From the NCBI GenBank assembly GCA_026770705.1, contig JANJGN010000010.1, positions 168,206,001 to 168,270,000 on the forward strand: DNA of 64,000 nt, in the 5' to 3' direction. Shown one piece after another: positions 34,116-47,007 of the stretch (positions are counted from its first letter, which is position 1; each line of letters starts with the position of its first letter). A program made the position numbers and the translations under genes. The notes under the pieces were generated by a model. That model was not told the origin of the DNA, did not search any database, and saw only the letters and a program-made list of their open reading frames with translations. The DNA comes from Isurus oxyrinchus (lineage: Eukaryota).

Positions 34116-35035
34116 TACATATGTTTGTTGCTTAGGGTGGTTTAATTTAAAACCAAGTCACTTGATTTACAAGGGGGAAAAGATGTAGTATTCAATTGTT
34201 CAACTGTTCTGTGTTTGATTATATGAGTCTGTTTACTATTGATGCTCACTGTGCTTGATTGGTTAAACCTGGGTCTGGACTCAGGAAAAAGTAAGGTGCT
34301 GGAAGCAAAGAGCTGTGAGCATGGAGCAGATATATATATATTTAAAACTCTTATAAATAAAGTTCCTACACACATAAAAACTGGTGTATGATTTCTGCAT
34401 AACTCTGAGATATTAAATATACGACATCATGGACCAATCCTCAATGTTCTTCCCCCATCTCTCCTGCCAATGTGGTTTGCAACCCCTACCCCATGCTGCA
34501 GTATTTTTCTAACCAACCCCCTTCCTCTTTTGAGGTGCTCTCCGACCATTGGATCACCATACCCCTTTCCCACTATGATACTTATTTATTTCCTTCCCCT
34601 TTTATTCTCCTTCACCTTGCCTTCCTCTCCCTTTCTGCTCCTGAGATTCCCTTTCCCCCCTCCCCTCTTCCAACTTTGTCCCCTCTATCTCTCGTTCCAT
34701 TACTCTCTCCCTTCTTTCTCCGCAACAACCCTGAACCCACCCCGCCACTATCTCTTTCTGTCCAATTCTTTTCCCCAGCTTCTAACCCTGCTTGTTCTGA
34801 AGACAGTATTTGGTTTTGCCACCTTGTGTATAAAATCAGAGGAGATCGACCATTGATGCAAAAGTTCAGTGTCAACTAGTCCCACTATTTGCAGTTGAGG
34901 ACACAGAGAAACATCATTCTGAAATAAGATATTACACAAGAACAAGAAAGGAATGGCCTAAAAGGGAAATAAGTTAAAACAAATTGTTGGCAAAAACACC
35001 AGCATTAAACACGGAGGTTCAGTGTGGAAGGTAAG

Positions 35036-35612
35036 GGGTGAAATTTTCCCAGCCCTGTGGAGACAGGCTTGAAGATGAGACTGGGAGACTGGGAGGGCCT
35101 CAGCTCAACAGCTAATTTGACTAGTTAGGAGCCCATTTGTGGGTAGATTGGGAATGCCGCCAGGATCTTCCCGGCCATGCCCAGCAGGGTGTTTGGAGGT
35201 GGCTTGCCAGCTTCTGACCAGGGAGTATATGAGGCCTCATATACTCATCCCCCCACCAGGGCCATAGCTATTGCTAAAGGCCATCCTGTGGAGGGTTTTG
35301 CCCTCTACAAGCGAAGCCTGTCACCTGTGGCCACAGGTCATTTCATTAGAGTTCCAGTCTTTTCAGAAGACACCTCAAGATGAAGATATCCCTGTGGTCT
35401 CTTGACCTGCAGTGGTAGCACCCACTTATATCAGTAGGACTGCCAGCCCTCCTAGGATGAAGGTGCTCTGACTGGCCATGCGGCCTCAGGAACTCACCCG
35501 CCATCTTTAATTGGACTGCGGACATAGGGGCAGACATGGTGCCAGCAGGCGGGGTGTCAAGACCGGGTAATAGTCCTGGCCCATGATTTTTAAAGGGCAC
35601 AAAATCCTGCCC
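35036..35612. mobile_element. Harbinger-like MITE
   Basis: TIRs GGGTGAAATTTT / AAAATCCTGCCC with 3-bp TSD AAG. Confidence 0.7.
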
Positions 35613-36040
35613 AAGATGTGCAATGTTTTGTAAAACATCTGTTTGCTGTGGTAAGCATATACCAAAGCCTTGACCATGAACAGTGAGACAGACACTGGCT
35701 GTAAATGTACCAGCTCCTGTCCTTGATGCTGGGAAGGGTAACACCTTACAGTCAGAGGTTGTCCAATTTATTTGTCTTGCACATCAAACAATCAAAGTTT
35801 CCAGACGAATGAAACCATATTTTGAGCATGTTACTGAGATAGTGAAACAGAACTGCAGACTCTGGCATGCAAATGCAACTAGGCTCAGCTGCCAAGTGGA
35901 CTTTGATGGAAATGAAAGGTGGGATGTGGGATAGCGGTTTATTCTAACAGCTTGCATTGTGTGCCGTTCTCTGAACCCTGTTTCCTGGCTGCTCTAAGCA
36001 TTCCACTGAGATTGCTGCATTTCAGAAAACTTCATCCATA

Positions 36041-39000
36041 AGGTGGAATCATCCCAGGTTTGCACTAAGTGTGGTAGTGGACAGGAGAAAGGACATTTTT
36101 CCCACTGGCCGCTATGGCAGGTTTTCGTGCCGCATCATCCCAATCCTGCCTCATTAATCATGCATTCCCCGGAAACACGCTGCTTCGATGGCCGGCGTGC
36201 AGGCTGTCATTCACTTGCTATGCTTCGTCACACCGGGCACCATATTTAAAGAACGGCTATGCGGACACCTCAGTGCTTCCAGCCCAGGACTGCTGCAAAG
36301 AAGACATGGCCTCTAAAGGCAAGAAGACTACAGCGCCCCCACCCCCCAAGTTTAATGACAAGTCCCTGGAGCGCCTTTAGGATGCAGTGGAGGCTCGCCA
36401 TGATGTCCTCTAATCCTGCTCTGGCTGCAGGAGGGGCAGCAACATTACCATTCCAGCATGGGAGACGGTAGCAGTGGTGGTTGGCGGCAGTGCCTTGCAA
36501 AAGAAGACAGCCACCCAGTGTCGCAGCAGGATGAATGGTCTCATCCGTTCCACCAGGGTAAGTCACTCTTCTCATCACTCTCAACTCACACACTCCCAAA
36601 CCCATCACACATCCACAGGGATCTCACACCTCAAGGGACAACACCACTAACTCTCACACACACCCTCACATCTCCATCAGGCTCATACCCTCTGGAGCTC
36701 ACTCCCTCATCCTGTCCATGGCTCCACTCACCACACAAACATTCCACACAGTGCCATGTGTCCTGCTCATGCTCTCTCCATCTGTTTCCATGCAGGAGAA
36801 GCTGCCTGACAACAGCAGGGAGAGGCCCCAGACCGGGGGTGGAGTGGCCTACATTAGGCCCCTCACCCACCTTGAGGAGTGTGCCATCGCCCTGACTGGT
36901 GAGGGTGTGAACCCTGCCTGCGGTGACGGTGAGGTCAGCAATGAACACCACATCATCCCTCTCTCAACACAACTATAAGTGCTCTCTCTCCTGCATGACT
37001 CTGCTGTCATGCATTAATTATCTCTACTTTGGTTTACAGGGAGCTCTGCTAAGCGACCAACACCCTCAGCCAGCCAATCCCTCAGCTACATCCACATCCT
37101 CACCTCCAGTGAAGTAGACACCTCCTCCAATGAAGAGCTGTAAGTAAGCAGCCTGGAAGACCAGTCATAGCGCTTACCCACCCCCTCCCCCAGCGCAGTC
37201 AGTGGGACCAAGATCTAGAGCAGGCTCAGCTTCACAATTTGGTGGTCACCGCACGGACACGTGTCCACAGCAGGTGGAGGCAGGTTCAGCCGAGCTCCCC
37301 GGCACTCGGAGAACTGCTGGGGAAGAGGCATCTGTGACACCTGAGTCAGGTGGTGAGCCTCTGGATTTGGCATTCCAACTCATCTTGGAGAGTCAGCAGA
37401 AGATGGGGTTACATCACGCAGAGATGTTGGAAGCCCTCAACAGAATGACACATCAGTCAGAGGAGTGCGTCCGCTTGCTCTCTGATGAAGTGGTGCTCAA
37501 ATGTGTGCGTATGAAGGTCTCCATGGGGTGGATAGCAGATGCCATGGAGACCCTGGTTCAGCAGAATGTGGAGATGTGTGTAGACCTGCACATCATCCCG
37601 GGAGCCATGGGTGAGTTCCTGCAGTGGCAATGTGAGAGGGAAATAGGGCACCTGGACCTCCCTCGAGGTGCTCCTTCCCCTCAAAGAGTCAGGCCAGGGC
37701 CCTCAGGCACCCAAGGGGAGGAGGAGTAGTAGCTTGAGACCCCTGGGTCATCCACTCAGGAATCTCAGAGGCTGTCCGCTCTCCCTGAGTCCCCTTTGCC
37801 TATGACCCCCTCAATCCCATCCTCTGTCACACGGAGGGAGCAGTGACCCACAGGAGGACAGCCAAAGCAATCCAGGGCCCCCAAGGCCTTGGCTCTTCAG
37901 AGGATCCACGCCGAATGCATCAGAGGCAACAGGGCCAACGATTGCACAGGCTGTCCCCACTCCTGCTATGGATGTTAGGGCAGCAACCAGAAGTCTAAGG
38001 CGTTCAAAAGTTAAAACATTCTGATCACAGTTGGTTGCATGGGTGAACTCATTTTGTCACTTTACAATCTGGAAATATATTCACTTTCACTGAATAATGG
38101 GTAATGGTGTCTTTCAGCTTCATTGACAGGCTTCACGAGTCCTTCCCCTGCATCCCTGCCCACTCACAGTTCAGCTGCACAAGTGTTCCTGAAGGTAGAA
38201 GTGTATGTGACAGGGCCTTTTGGAGCCTTGTGTAAGCCTCTCCCATGCACACGGATCCTTGCCGCATCACATTCAGATCAATGCCCTGAGCATTTTCAAT
38301 ACTGCCTGCTGGGGTTCACTTTCAGTTGTCCATCTGAGTTGACCTGCATTTCTGCCCACCCAATGATCACACTTCCTTGCAGCACCTGATCTCACCCAAC
38401 ACGAGTCTCCTTTCACTTCTGATTTGGCAAGCATGGTGCGTTAAACATTCTTCTTCAAGTCCCCTGTCCTTTCCTCTCCCCCAGTCACCCCTTCCCTTTC
38501 CCCCATCGCTGTTGACCCCCCTGGCATCACCTTCCACCTCCGCTCCGTGACCTACCAGCCACAACCCTTTTCCTTCGGGGGTGTCCAGGTGAACATGCAC
38601 ATTCCCTTCCTTCCCGCAAATCCCACCCCATCCACATTAACCTCCCTGACCTTCTCCTTCTCACCCCCAGGGTCCGTGTCTGCCTCCAAGTCCCCACCAG
38701 CCACCCTCACAGTCCCTTCTACTGATACCGTCGAACCCTAACCCTACTGGCTCACTCTGCCCTTGGTCATTTTTACCATCCCCTCGTACCACACTCACCT
38801 TCAGCTCCCTCCCCAGGAGACAGTCATGGATTCATCAGAGCCTTGCCTTACATGTTCACCTGGACATCTCCCACTCCAGACTCCATCTCTCCTTGGAACT
38901 CCTTCTCCCCCCTGACTCCCCCACCCACCTCTGGAACTCCTTCTCTGCCCTCGGACTCTCCCCACCGAACTCCCCCCCGCCTTAGTCCTTCCCCCTCCTG

Positions 39001-39918
39001 ACCCCTTCAGACACCCTTCTTCTGCCACCCTTATTCCTTCCCCTCTTTGGACTCCTCTTTCCACACTTATTTCTTCTTCCATCCTTACTCCTTCCCCTTT
39101 CTGATTCCTTCAGATACCCTTACATCTTCCTCCAGGCTTACTCCTTTCTTCACCCAGACTCCGACTCCTCTCCGCACTCCTTCCTCCCCCCCCGGATTCC
39201 TTCCTCCCCCTGGACTCCTTCCTTCCTCTGAACTCCTTCAATTACACCTTCCATCCTTGTTAACCCTCCTCCCGTGTAGTCTCTCCCCATTTCAACCTCC
39301 CCCCGACACCTTTGTTCCCCTCGCCCAATCTCACCCCCCGACACCTTTGCTCCCCCCACTCCCAATCTGACCCACCTTGACCTTCCTCTCCCACTCCTCG
39401 GTACACCTTCCTCAACCAAACACAGCTGGACCTTCCTCTCCACCCCCTCAACCATCATCTGTTGTGAGCAGACCCTCAATGGTGAATTTCCAATTCTGTG
39501 ACCTGCTTTGCAGCAGGGCCATGTCTATGAGAATCCACCCAGCATGTCATGGACCTTCCTCCAGGGCCCTGTTGCAGTCGAACTCCCACATGTTCCGCTC
39601 CTCGGATGTCCCTAGCGTGAGCAGGGCCCTGGCGGTAAGTCCTGTCTTCTGCACGTCACACTTATCAAGATGTGTTCTGCACCGGTGTGTTTTCCCGGTG
39701 ACGTGGGCAGGCGATCCAGTGGGGGCGGGGATGGGAACGATTCCAGTGGGCTGGCCTTATAATGATGTGCAAATGTATTGCAATGAGGTTCCCGATGTCT
39801 GACAGCGAGAAACGTGGCCCGTGATTGCAATCTGATTTCACAACATTGTGAAACCGCCATATTCTCTGCTCGTGCCAACGAATACGCCTCAGGCCAGCGG
39901 GTACATAAAATTCCTCCC
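36041..39918 (+). mobile_element. Harbinger element with both termini and a Myb/SANT pseudogene (36306 to about 38025) but no recognisable transposase
   Basis: Termini AGGTGGAATC / AAAATTCCTCCC, TSD ATA; MASKGKKTTAPPPPKFNDKSLERL* is homologous to the Myb gene at 25174; GT-AG introns at matching positions. Confidence 0.85.
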
Positions 39919-40094
39919 ATATTTCTTTGAAATTATTTGAACCTGGCTTCAATTGAAAATCAATACCATTTGTCTAAGCATAACTATATATAACACTAAT
40001 AATTCTGTTTTACTGGAATCTCACTTGTAACAAAATGACTATTCTCTGAAATCTCACTTATAAAGGTAGGAAGGATAGAAAAGTCGATTATTTA

Positions 40095-40640
40095 TTATTT
40101 TTTAAAAGGCGAGAGACTAGTTAATGTTGGTATTTGGAGGGATTTGGATGTTCTGGTACACAAATCAAAGAAAGTTAACATGCAGGTACGGCAAGCAAGG
40201 CAGAATGTTATGTTACCTTTTATTGCAATGAGGTTGGAGCATGAGTAAGGAAGTCTTTCTGTAATCGTACAGGGCTTTGGTGAGTCCATACCTGGAATAG
40301 TGTGTACAATTTGGTCTTCTTAGCTAAGGAAGCATATATTTGCCTGGGGGGTGGTGCAATGACAGTTCACTAGATTGATTCCTAGGATGAGGAGTTATCC
40401 TATGAGGGGAAGTTAAGTAGTATGGGCCGGCATATCCTAGAGTTTAGCAGAGTGAGAGATGATCTCATTAGAACATACAAAACTCTTAGAGGACTTAACA
40501 AGATCGATGCTGAAAGGCTGTTTCCTCAAGCTGGAGAATCTAAAATGAGCTGCAAAAAGCCTTTAACTTTGTGTCAATGATTAGGCCATGTTTGTTTCAC
40601 AGGATAAGTGATTGGCCATTTAGGACTGATATGAGGTGAA
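40095..40640 (+). mobile_element. CR1 ORF2 3' fragment, old
   Basis: Homologous to 46270-46790 (RDLxVLV, YRALV.P.LE). Confidence 0.8.
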
Positions 40641-40834
40641 GTTTCTCCAGGGCCTCTCAGCACCTCTCAAGTCCCCCAAGAATATTAAACATTTCAATGT
40701 AATCACTTCCCATTCACCAGAGAATAGATGCCCAGCTGAAATTGTCTACCCAGAGGGCTATGGTCCCCTGTTGCATTTGGAGGCTGCTCCATGTGGGACT
40801 GCTGGGACTTCAGAACTGGATTGGGCAGGACTTT

Positions 40835-43380
40835 TTTTTATTCATTCATAGAATGTGTCCAGAATTTATTGCCCATCCCTAATTTCCCTTGAGAAGGTGG
40901 TGGTGAGCTGCCTTCTTGAACCGCTGCAGTCCATGTGGTGTAGGTACACCCACGGTGCTGTTAGAAAGGGGGTTCCAGGATTTTGACCCAGCGACAGTGA
41001 AGGAGTGGTGATATATTTCCAAGTCAGGATGGTGAGTGACTTGGAGGGGAACTTCCAGGCAGTGGTGTTCCCATCTATCTGCTGCCTTTGTCTCTCTAGA
41101 TGGTAATGGTTGTGGGTTTGGAAGGTGCTGTCAATGGAGCCTTGGTGAATTACTGCAGTGCATCTTGTAGATGGTGCACACTGCTGCTACTGTGCACCGA
41201 TGGTGCAGGGAATGAATGTTTGTGGATGTGGTGCCAATCAAGTGGGGTGCTTTGTCCTGGATGGTGTCAAGCTTCTTGAGTGTTGTGGAACCTGCACTCA
41301 TTCAGGCAAGTGGGGAGTATTCCATTCCTGACTTGTTCCTTGTAGATCCTGGACAGGCTTTGGGGAGTCAGGAGGTGGGTTACTCGTCACACGATTCCTA
41401 GCCTCTGACCTGCTCTTGTAGCCACTGTATTTATGTGGCTAGTCCAGTTCAGTTTCAGTTATATGGTAACCCCAGAATGTTGATAGTAGAGGATTCATTG
41501 ATGGTAATGCCATTGAATGTCAAGGGGCAATGATTGGATTCTCTCTTGTTGGAGATGGTCATTGCCTGGCACTTGTGTGGCGTGAATGTTACTTGCCACT
41601 TTTCACCATAAGCCTGGATATTGTCCAGGTCTTGCTGCATTTGAACATGGACTGCTTCAGTATCTGAGGAGTCGCGAATGGTGCTGAACATTGTGCAATC
41701 ATCAGCGAACATCCCCACTTCTGACCTTATGATGGAAGGAAGATCATTGATGAAGCAGCTGAAGATGGTTGGGCCAAGGACACTACCCTGAGGAACTCCT
41801 GCAGTGATGTCCTGGAGCTAAGATGACTGACTCCAACAACCACAACCATCTTACTTTGTGCTAGGTATGACTCCAACCAGTGGAGAGTTTTCCCCCTGAT
41901 TCCCATTGACTCCTATTTTGCTAGGGCTCCTTGATGTCACACTCGGTCAAATGTGGCCTTGATGTCAAGGGCAGTCAATCTCACCTCACCATGGGAGTTC
42001 AGCCTTTTTGTTCATGTTTGAACCAAGGCTGTAATGAAGTCAGGAGCTGAGTGGCCCTGGCGGAACCCAAACTGGGTGCCAGTGAGCAGGTTATTGCTGA
42101 GCAAGCACTGCTTGATGACCTCTTCCACTATTTTACTGATGATGGAGGGTAGACTGATGGGGCTGGTAATTGGCTGGGTTGGATTTGTCCTGGTTTTTGT
42201 GCACAGGACATACCTGGGCAATTTTTCACATAGCCAGGTAGATGCCAGTGTTGTAGCTGTACTGGGACAGCTTGGCTAGGGGTGCGGCAAGTTCTGGAGC
42301 ACAAGTTTTCAGCCCTATTGCCGGAATATTGTCAGGGCCAATAGCCTTTGCAGTATCCAGTGCCTTCGGCCGTTTCTTGATATCAAGTGGAGTGAATCGA
42401 ATTGGCTGAAGACTGAAATCTGTGATGCTGGGAACCTCCGGAGGAAGCCAAAATGGATCATCCACTCATCAACTTCTGGCTGAAGATTATGGCAAATGTT
42501 TCAGCCTTATCTTTTGAACTGATGCGCTGGGCTCCTCCATCATTGAGGATGGGGATATTTGTGGAGCCTCCTCCTCCAGTGAGTTGTTGATTTATCCACC
42601 ACCATTCAATACTGGATGTGGCAGGACTGCAGAGCTTAGATTTGATCCGTTGGTTATGCGATCACTTAGCTCTGTCTATCACTTGCTGCTTATGCGAGTA
42701 GTCCTGTGTTGTAGCTTCACCAGATTGACACCTCATTTTTAGGTACACCTGGTGCTGCTCCTGCCGCATTTGCATCTGTCCATGACAGTATCGGTAGGAG
42801 TGACAATCGCACAGTTGTTTTGGAGACGAAGTCCTGCCTTCACATTGAGGATACCCTTTGTCGTGTGGTATGGCACTACCACCGTGTTAAATGAGATAGG
42901 TTTCAAACAGATGCAGCAGGCAGGTTGGTGAGGATGAGGTCAAGTATGTTTTTCCCTCTTGTTGGTTCCCTCACTGCCTGCCGCAGACCCAGTTTAGCAG
43001 TTATATCCTTTAGGACTCGGCCAGTTCGGTCAGTAGGGGTGCTACCGAGACAATCTTGGTGATGGACCTTGAGGTCCCCCACCCAGAGTACATTCTGCAC
43101 CATTGCCACCCCAGTGCTTCCTCGAAGTGGTGTTCAACAATGAGGAGCATTGATTCATCAGCTGAGGGAGGGCGGTAATCAGCAGGAGGTTTCCTTGCCC
43201 ATGTTTGACCTGATGCCATGGAACGTCATGGGGTGCGGAGTCGATGTTGAGGACTCCCAGGGCAACTCCCTCCCGACTGTATACCACTGTGCAGCCACCA
43301 CTGCCTGGTCTGTCCTGCCAGCAGCACAGGACATACCCAGGGATGGTAATAGTGGTTCCTGGGACACTATCTGTAAGATG
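40835..43380 (-). mobile_element. CR1/L2-group LINE (second family), decayed EN-RT ORF2 with an internal micro-inversion
   Basis: VGDLKVHH..EPTRGKNILDLILTN (endonuclease), KAIGPDNIP, QFGFRQGHSAPD and MFADDCT (RT). Confidence 0.92.
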
Positions 43381-43852
43381 TGATTCACCGAGTTGAGTTG
43401 ACTCGGAAGCCCTTTAGAAATGGCAGGTGGGTCCTGATTCCGGGATTCCCAACCCCATTCCCCGGCTGTCTCATTTTCAAGTGTGCCTTTAAAGAGTGAG
43501 GGCTGATTCCTGTCAAAAGCCCACATCCAGAACTCCCAACCTGGCAGGTATAATTGGAGAGATAGGCATGTTCTACTCCTTTACAATTTTGATGGAGTCG
43601 GGCCAGGGTTTTAAAGAGTCACTGTTTACAGCCCCTTAGAGGAGTTGTGAATCCTAGTGTGAATGAGGGGATCTTATAAAAGATAAATTCAAAAGGTCCC
43701 CCTCATGCCCCCAATGCCAAGTTATACATCCACCCACTCCCTCAGGCCCCTCATGTCCGCTATTCCAAACTATGGCATTTCCATGCCTATTGCCCACTGT
43801 ACACTTCTAGAACCAATGAACCTTGTTGTGTATAGTGGTTTGTGTAAAAAAA

Positions 43853-46800
43853 AAGCCTTTGAATTGAAGGATTTTAAACTAGAAAGTGGGAGGGAAGGAA
43901 GGGTAAAACTCCAAGAAGTATGACTAATGGGAAACAAAGCAGCAGATTAGCGTGTGGGGGGGTGGGGGGGGGGGGGTGCGGGGGGTGGATTCAACTTCAT
44001 GGAAAATTAGGAAAAAACTGAAAAGAAGGGAGAGCCCAGGAGTGGCTATTAAAGTCTCCAGAACACAAATTAGGACAGAGTGTTTGGAAAGGGCTGGGAA
44101 TCTAACTTCAAGCACATCAGATAAAGGGACGACAATGAGAAAGGGGACGGGAAATACAGGACTGAAGGTGTTGTATCTGAATGCACGCAGTATACGAAAT
44201 ACGGTAAATGAGCTTGTGGTGCAGATTGAAATCGGCAGGTATGATGTGATGGGCATCACGGAGACATGGCTGCAAAGGGATCAGGACTGGGAGCGAAATA
44301 TCCAAGGATATACATCCTATCGAAAAGATAGGCAGGTTGGCGGAGGGGGTGGGGTTGCTTTGTTAGTAAGAAATGAAATTAAAGCGATAACAAGAAATGA
44401 CGTAGGGTCGGATGATGTAGAATCTGTGTGGGTAGAGTTGAGGAACTGCAAAGGTAAAAAAACCATAATGGGAGTTATGTACTGGCCTCTGAACAGTAGT
44501 GAGGATGTGGGGCACAAGATACACCAGGAGATAGAAAAGGTGTGTAAGAAAGGCAAGGTTATAGTGATCATGGGGGATTTCAATATGCAGGTAGACTGGG
44601 AAAATCAGGTTGGTAGTGGATCCCAAGAAAAGGAATTTGTGGAAAGTCTATGAGGTGGCTTTTTGGAGCAGCTTGTGCTGCTTACTAGGAGCCCACTAGG
44701 GAACAGACAATTCTAGATTTAGTGATGTGTAATGAGGCAGATTTGATAAGGGAGCTTAAGGTGAAGGATCCCTTAGGAGGAAGTGACCATAATATGACAG
44801 AATTTACCCTGCAATTTGAGAGGAAAAAGCTGGAATCAGATGGAATAGAGGCAACTACAGAGGCATGAGGGAGGAGCTGGCCAGAATTGACTGGGAGATA
44901 AGCCTAGCAGGAAAGACAGTGGAACAGCAATAGCAGCAGTTTCTGGGAGTAATTTGGGAGGCACAGCAAAAATTCATCCCTAGGACAAAGAAGCACACTG
45001 AAGGGAGGACGAGGCAACCACGGCTGACAAGGGAAGTCAGGGACAGCATAAAAGTTAAGAGAAAGCATACAATGTGGGGAAGAGCAGTGGGAAACCAGGG
45101 GATTGAGAAGCCTACAAAGACCAATAGAGGACAACTAAAAAAGAAATAAGGAGTGAGAAGATTAAATATGAGGGTAAACTAGCCAGTATTATAAAAGAAG
45201 ATTGCAAGAGTTTTTTCAGATAAATAAAGGGTAAGAGAGAGGCAAAAGTGGACATGGGCTGCTGGAAAATGACGCTGGAGAAGTAGTAGTGGGGAACAAA
45301 GAAATGGCGGAGGAACTGAATAGGTACTTTGTGACAGTCTTCACGGTGGAAGACACAAGTAACATCCCCAAAGTTCAAGAGAGTCAGCGGGCAGAGTTGA
45401 GGAAGATGGCCATTACCAAGGAGAAGGTGCTAGGAAAACTGAAAGGTCTGAAGGTGGATAAATCACCTGGACCAGATGGACTACACCCCAGAGTTCTGAA
45501 GGAGATAGCTGAAGAGATAGTGGAGGCGTTAGTGGTGATCTTTCAGGAATCATTCGAGTCAGGGAGGGTTCCAGAGGACTGGAAAATCGCTAATGTAACA
45601 CCCTTGTTTAAGAAGGGAGTGAGGCAAAAGACAGGAAATTACAGGCCGATTAGCCTGACCTCGGTCGTTGGTAAGATTTTAGAGTCCATTGTTAAGGATG
45701 AGATTTCAGAATACTTGGAAGTGCATGGTAAAATCAGGCAAAGTCAGCATGGTTTCAGCAAGGGGAGGTCATGCCTGACAAATCTGTTAGAATTCTTTGA
45801 GGAAGGGTTAGACAAAGGAGAGCCAATGGATGTTATCTACTTGGACTTCCAGAAGCCCTTTGACAAGGTGCCGCACAGGAGGCTGCTCAGTAAGATAAGA
45901 GCCCATGGTGTTAGAGGCAAGGTACTAGCATGGATAGAAGATTGGCTGTCTGGCAGGAGGCAGAGAGTGGGGATAAGGGGGTCCTTCTCAGGATGGCAGC
46001 CGGTGACTAGTGGAGTTCCACAGGGGTCAGTGTTGGGACCACAACTTTTCACTTTATACATTAATGATCTAGATGAAGGAACTGAGGGCATCCTGGCTAA
46101 GTTTGCAGATGATACAAAGATAGGTGGAGGGACAGGTAGTATTGAGGAGGCGGGGAGGCTGCAGAAGCATTTGGACAGATTAGGAGAATGGGCAAAGAAG
46201 TGGCAGATGGAATACAACATGGGGAAGTGTGAGGTCATGCACTTTGGTAGGAAGAATAGAGGCATAGACTATTTTCTAAATGGGGAGAGAATTCAGAAAT
46301 CTGGAGTGCAAAGGGACTTGGGAGTCCTAGTCCAGGATTCTCTTAAGGTTAACTTGCAGGTTGAGTCGGTAGTTAGGAAGGCAAATGCAATGTTGGCATT
46401 TATTTCAAGAGGACTAGAATATAAAAGCAGGGATGTGCTGCTGAGGCTTTATAAGGCTCTGGTCAGACCACATTTAGAATATTTTGAGCAATTTTGAGCC
46501 CCATATCTGAGGAAGGATGTGCTAGTCCTGGAGAGGGTCCAGAGGAGGTTCACGAGAACGATCCCAGGAATGAAAGGCTTAACATACGAGGAACATTTGA
46601 GAACTCTGGGTCCATACTCAATGGAGTTTAGAAGGATGAGGGGGGATCTGATTGAAACTTACAGAGTACTGAAAGGCCTGGATAGAGTGGACGTGGGGAA
46701 GATGTTTCCATTAGTAGGACAGACGAGGACCCGAGGGCACAACCTCAGAGTAAAGGGAAGACCTTTTAGAACAGAGATGAGGAGAAACTTCTTTAGCCAG

Positions 46801-47007
46801 AGATGGAATCCATTGCCACAGAAGGCTGTGGAGGCCAGGTCATTGAGTGTATTTAAGATGGAGATAGATAGGTTCTTGATTGGTAAGGGGATCAAAGGTT
46901 ATGGGGAGAAGGTGGGAGAATGGGGTTGAGAAACTTATCAGCCATGATTGAATGGTGGAGCAGACTCAATGGGCCGAATGGCCTAATTTCTGCTCCTTAT
47001 GGTCTTA
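43853..47007 (+). mobile_element. Young 5'-truncated CR1 LINE with nearly complete ORF2 (APE endonuclease plus RT) and several stops
   Basis: YLNARSIRN, GITETWL, GGGVAL, MGDFN (43952-44653); KSPGPDG, NYRPISLTS, QHGF, GVPQGSVLGP and FADD (45289-46497); tail GGGCCGAATGGCCTAATTTCTGCTCC. Confidence 0.97.

Larger units (their letters stand above)
30880..34426 (+). mobile_element. Second decayed, internally deleted Gypsy LTR retrotransposon
   Basis: Direct LTRs 30880-31096 and 34184-34426; PBS TGGCAACAAGGAT (31100-31112, resembling TGGCGACGAGGAT, tRNA-Ser type); PPT AAGGGGGAAAAGA before 34184; RT and RNase H remnants (SSAPS, AEPLQKLLRK, VTTDASG). Confidence 0.88.

Noticed and set aside
34440-34880. 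Hydrophobic/Pro-rich ORFs of 128-135 aa
   Set aside because: Low-complexity pyrimidine tract with few stop codons; no coding signal.
45289-46497. 402-aa RT ORF as a retron, DGR or other novel RT system
   Set aside because: Ordinary CR1 ORF2 segment with an upstream APE domain and a CR1 3' tail.
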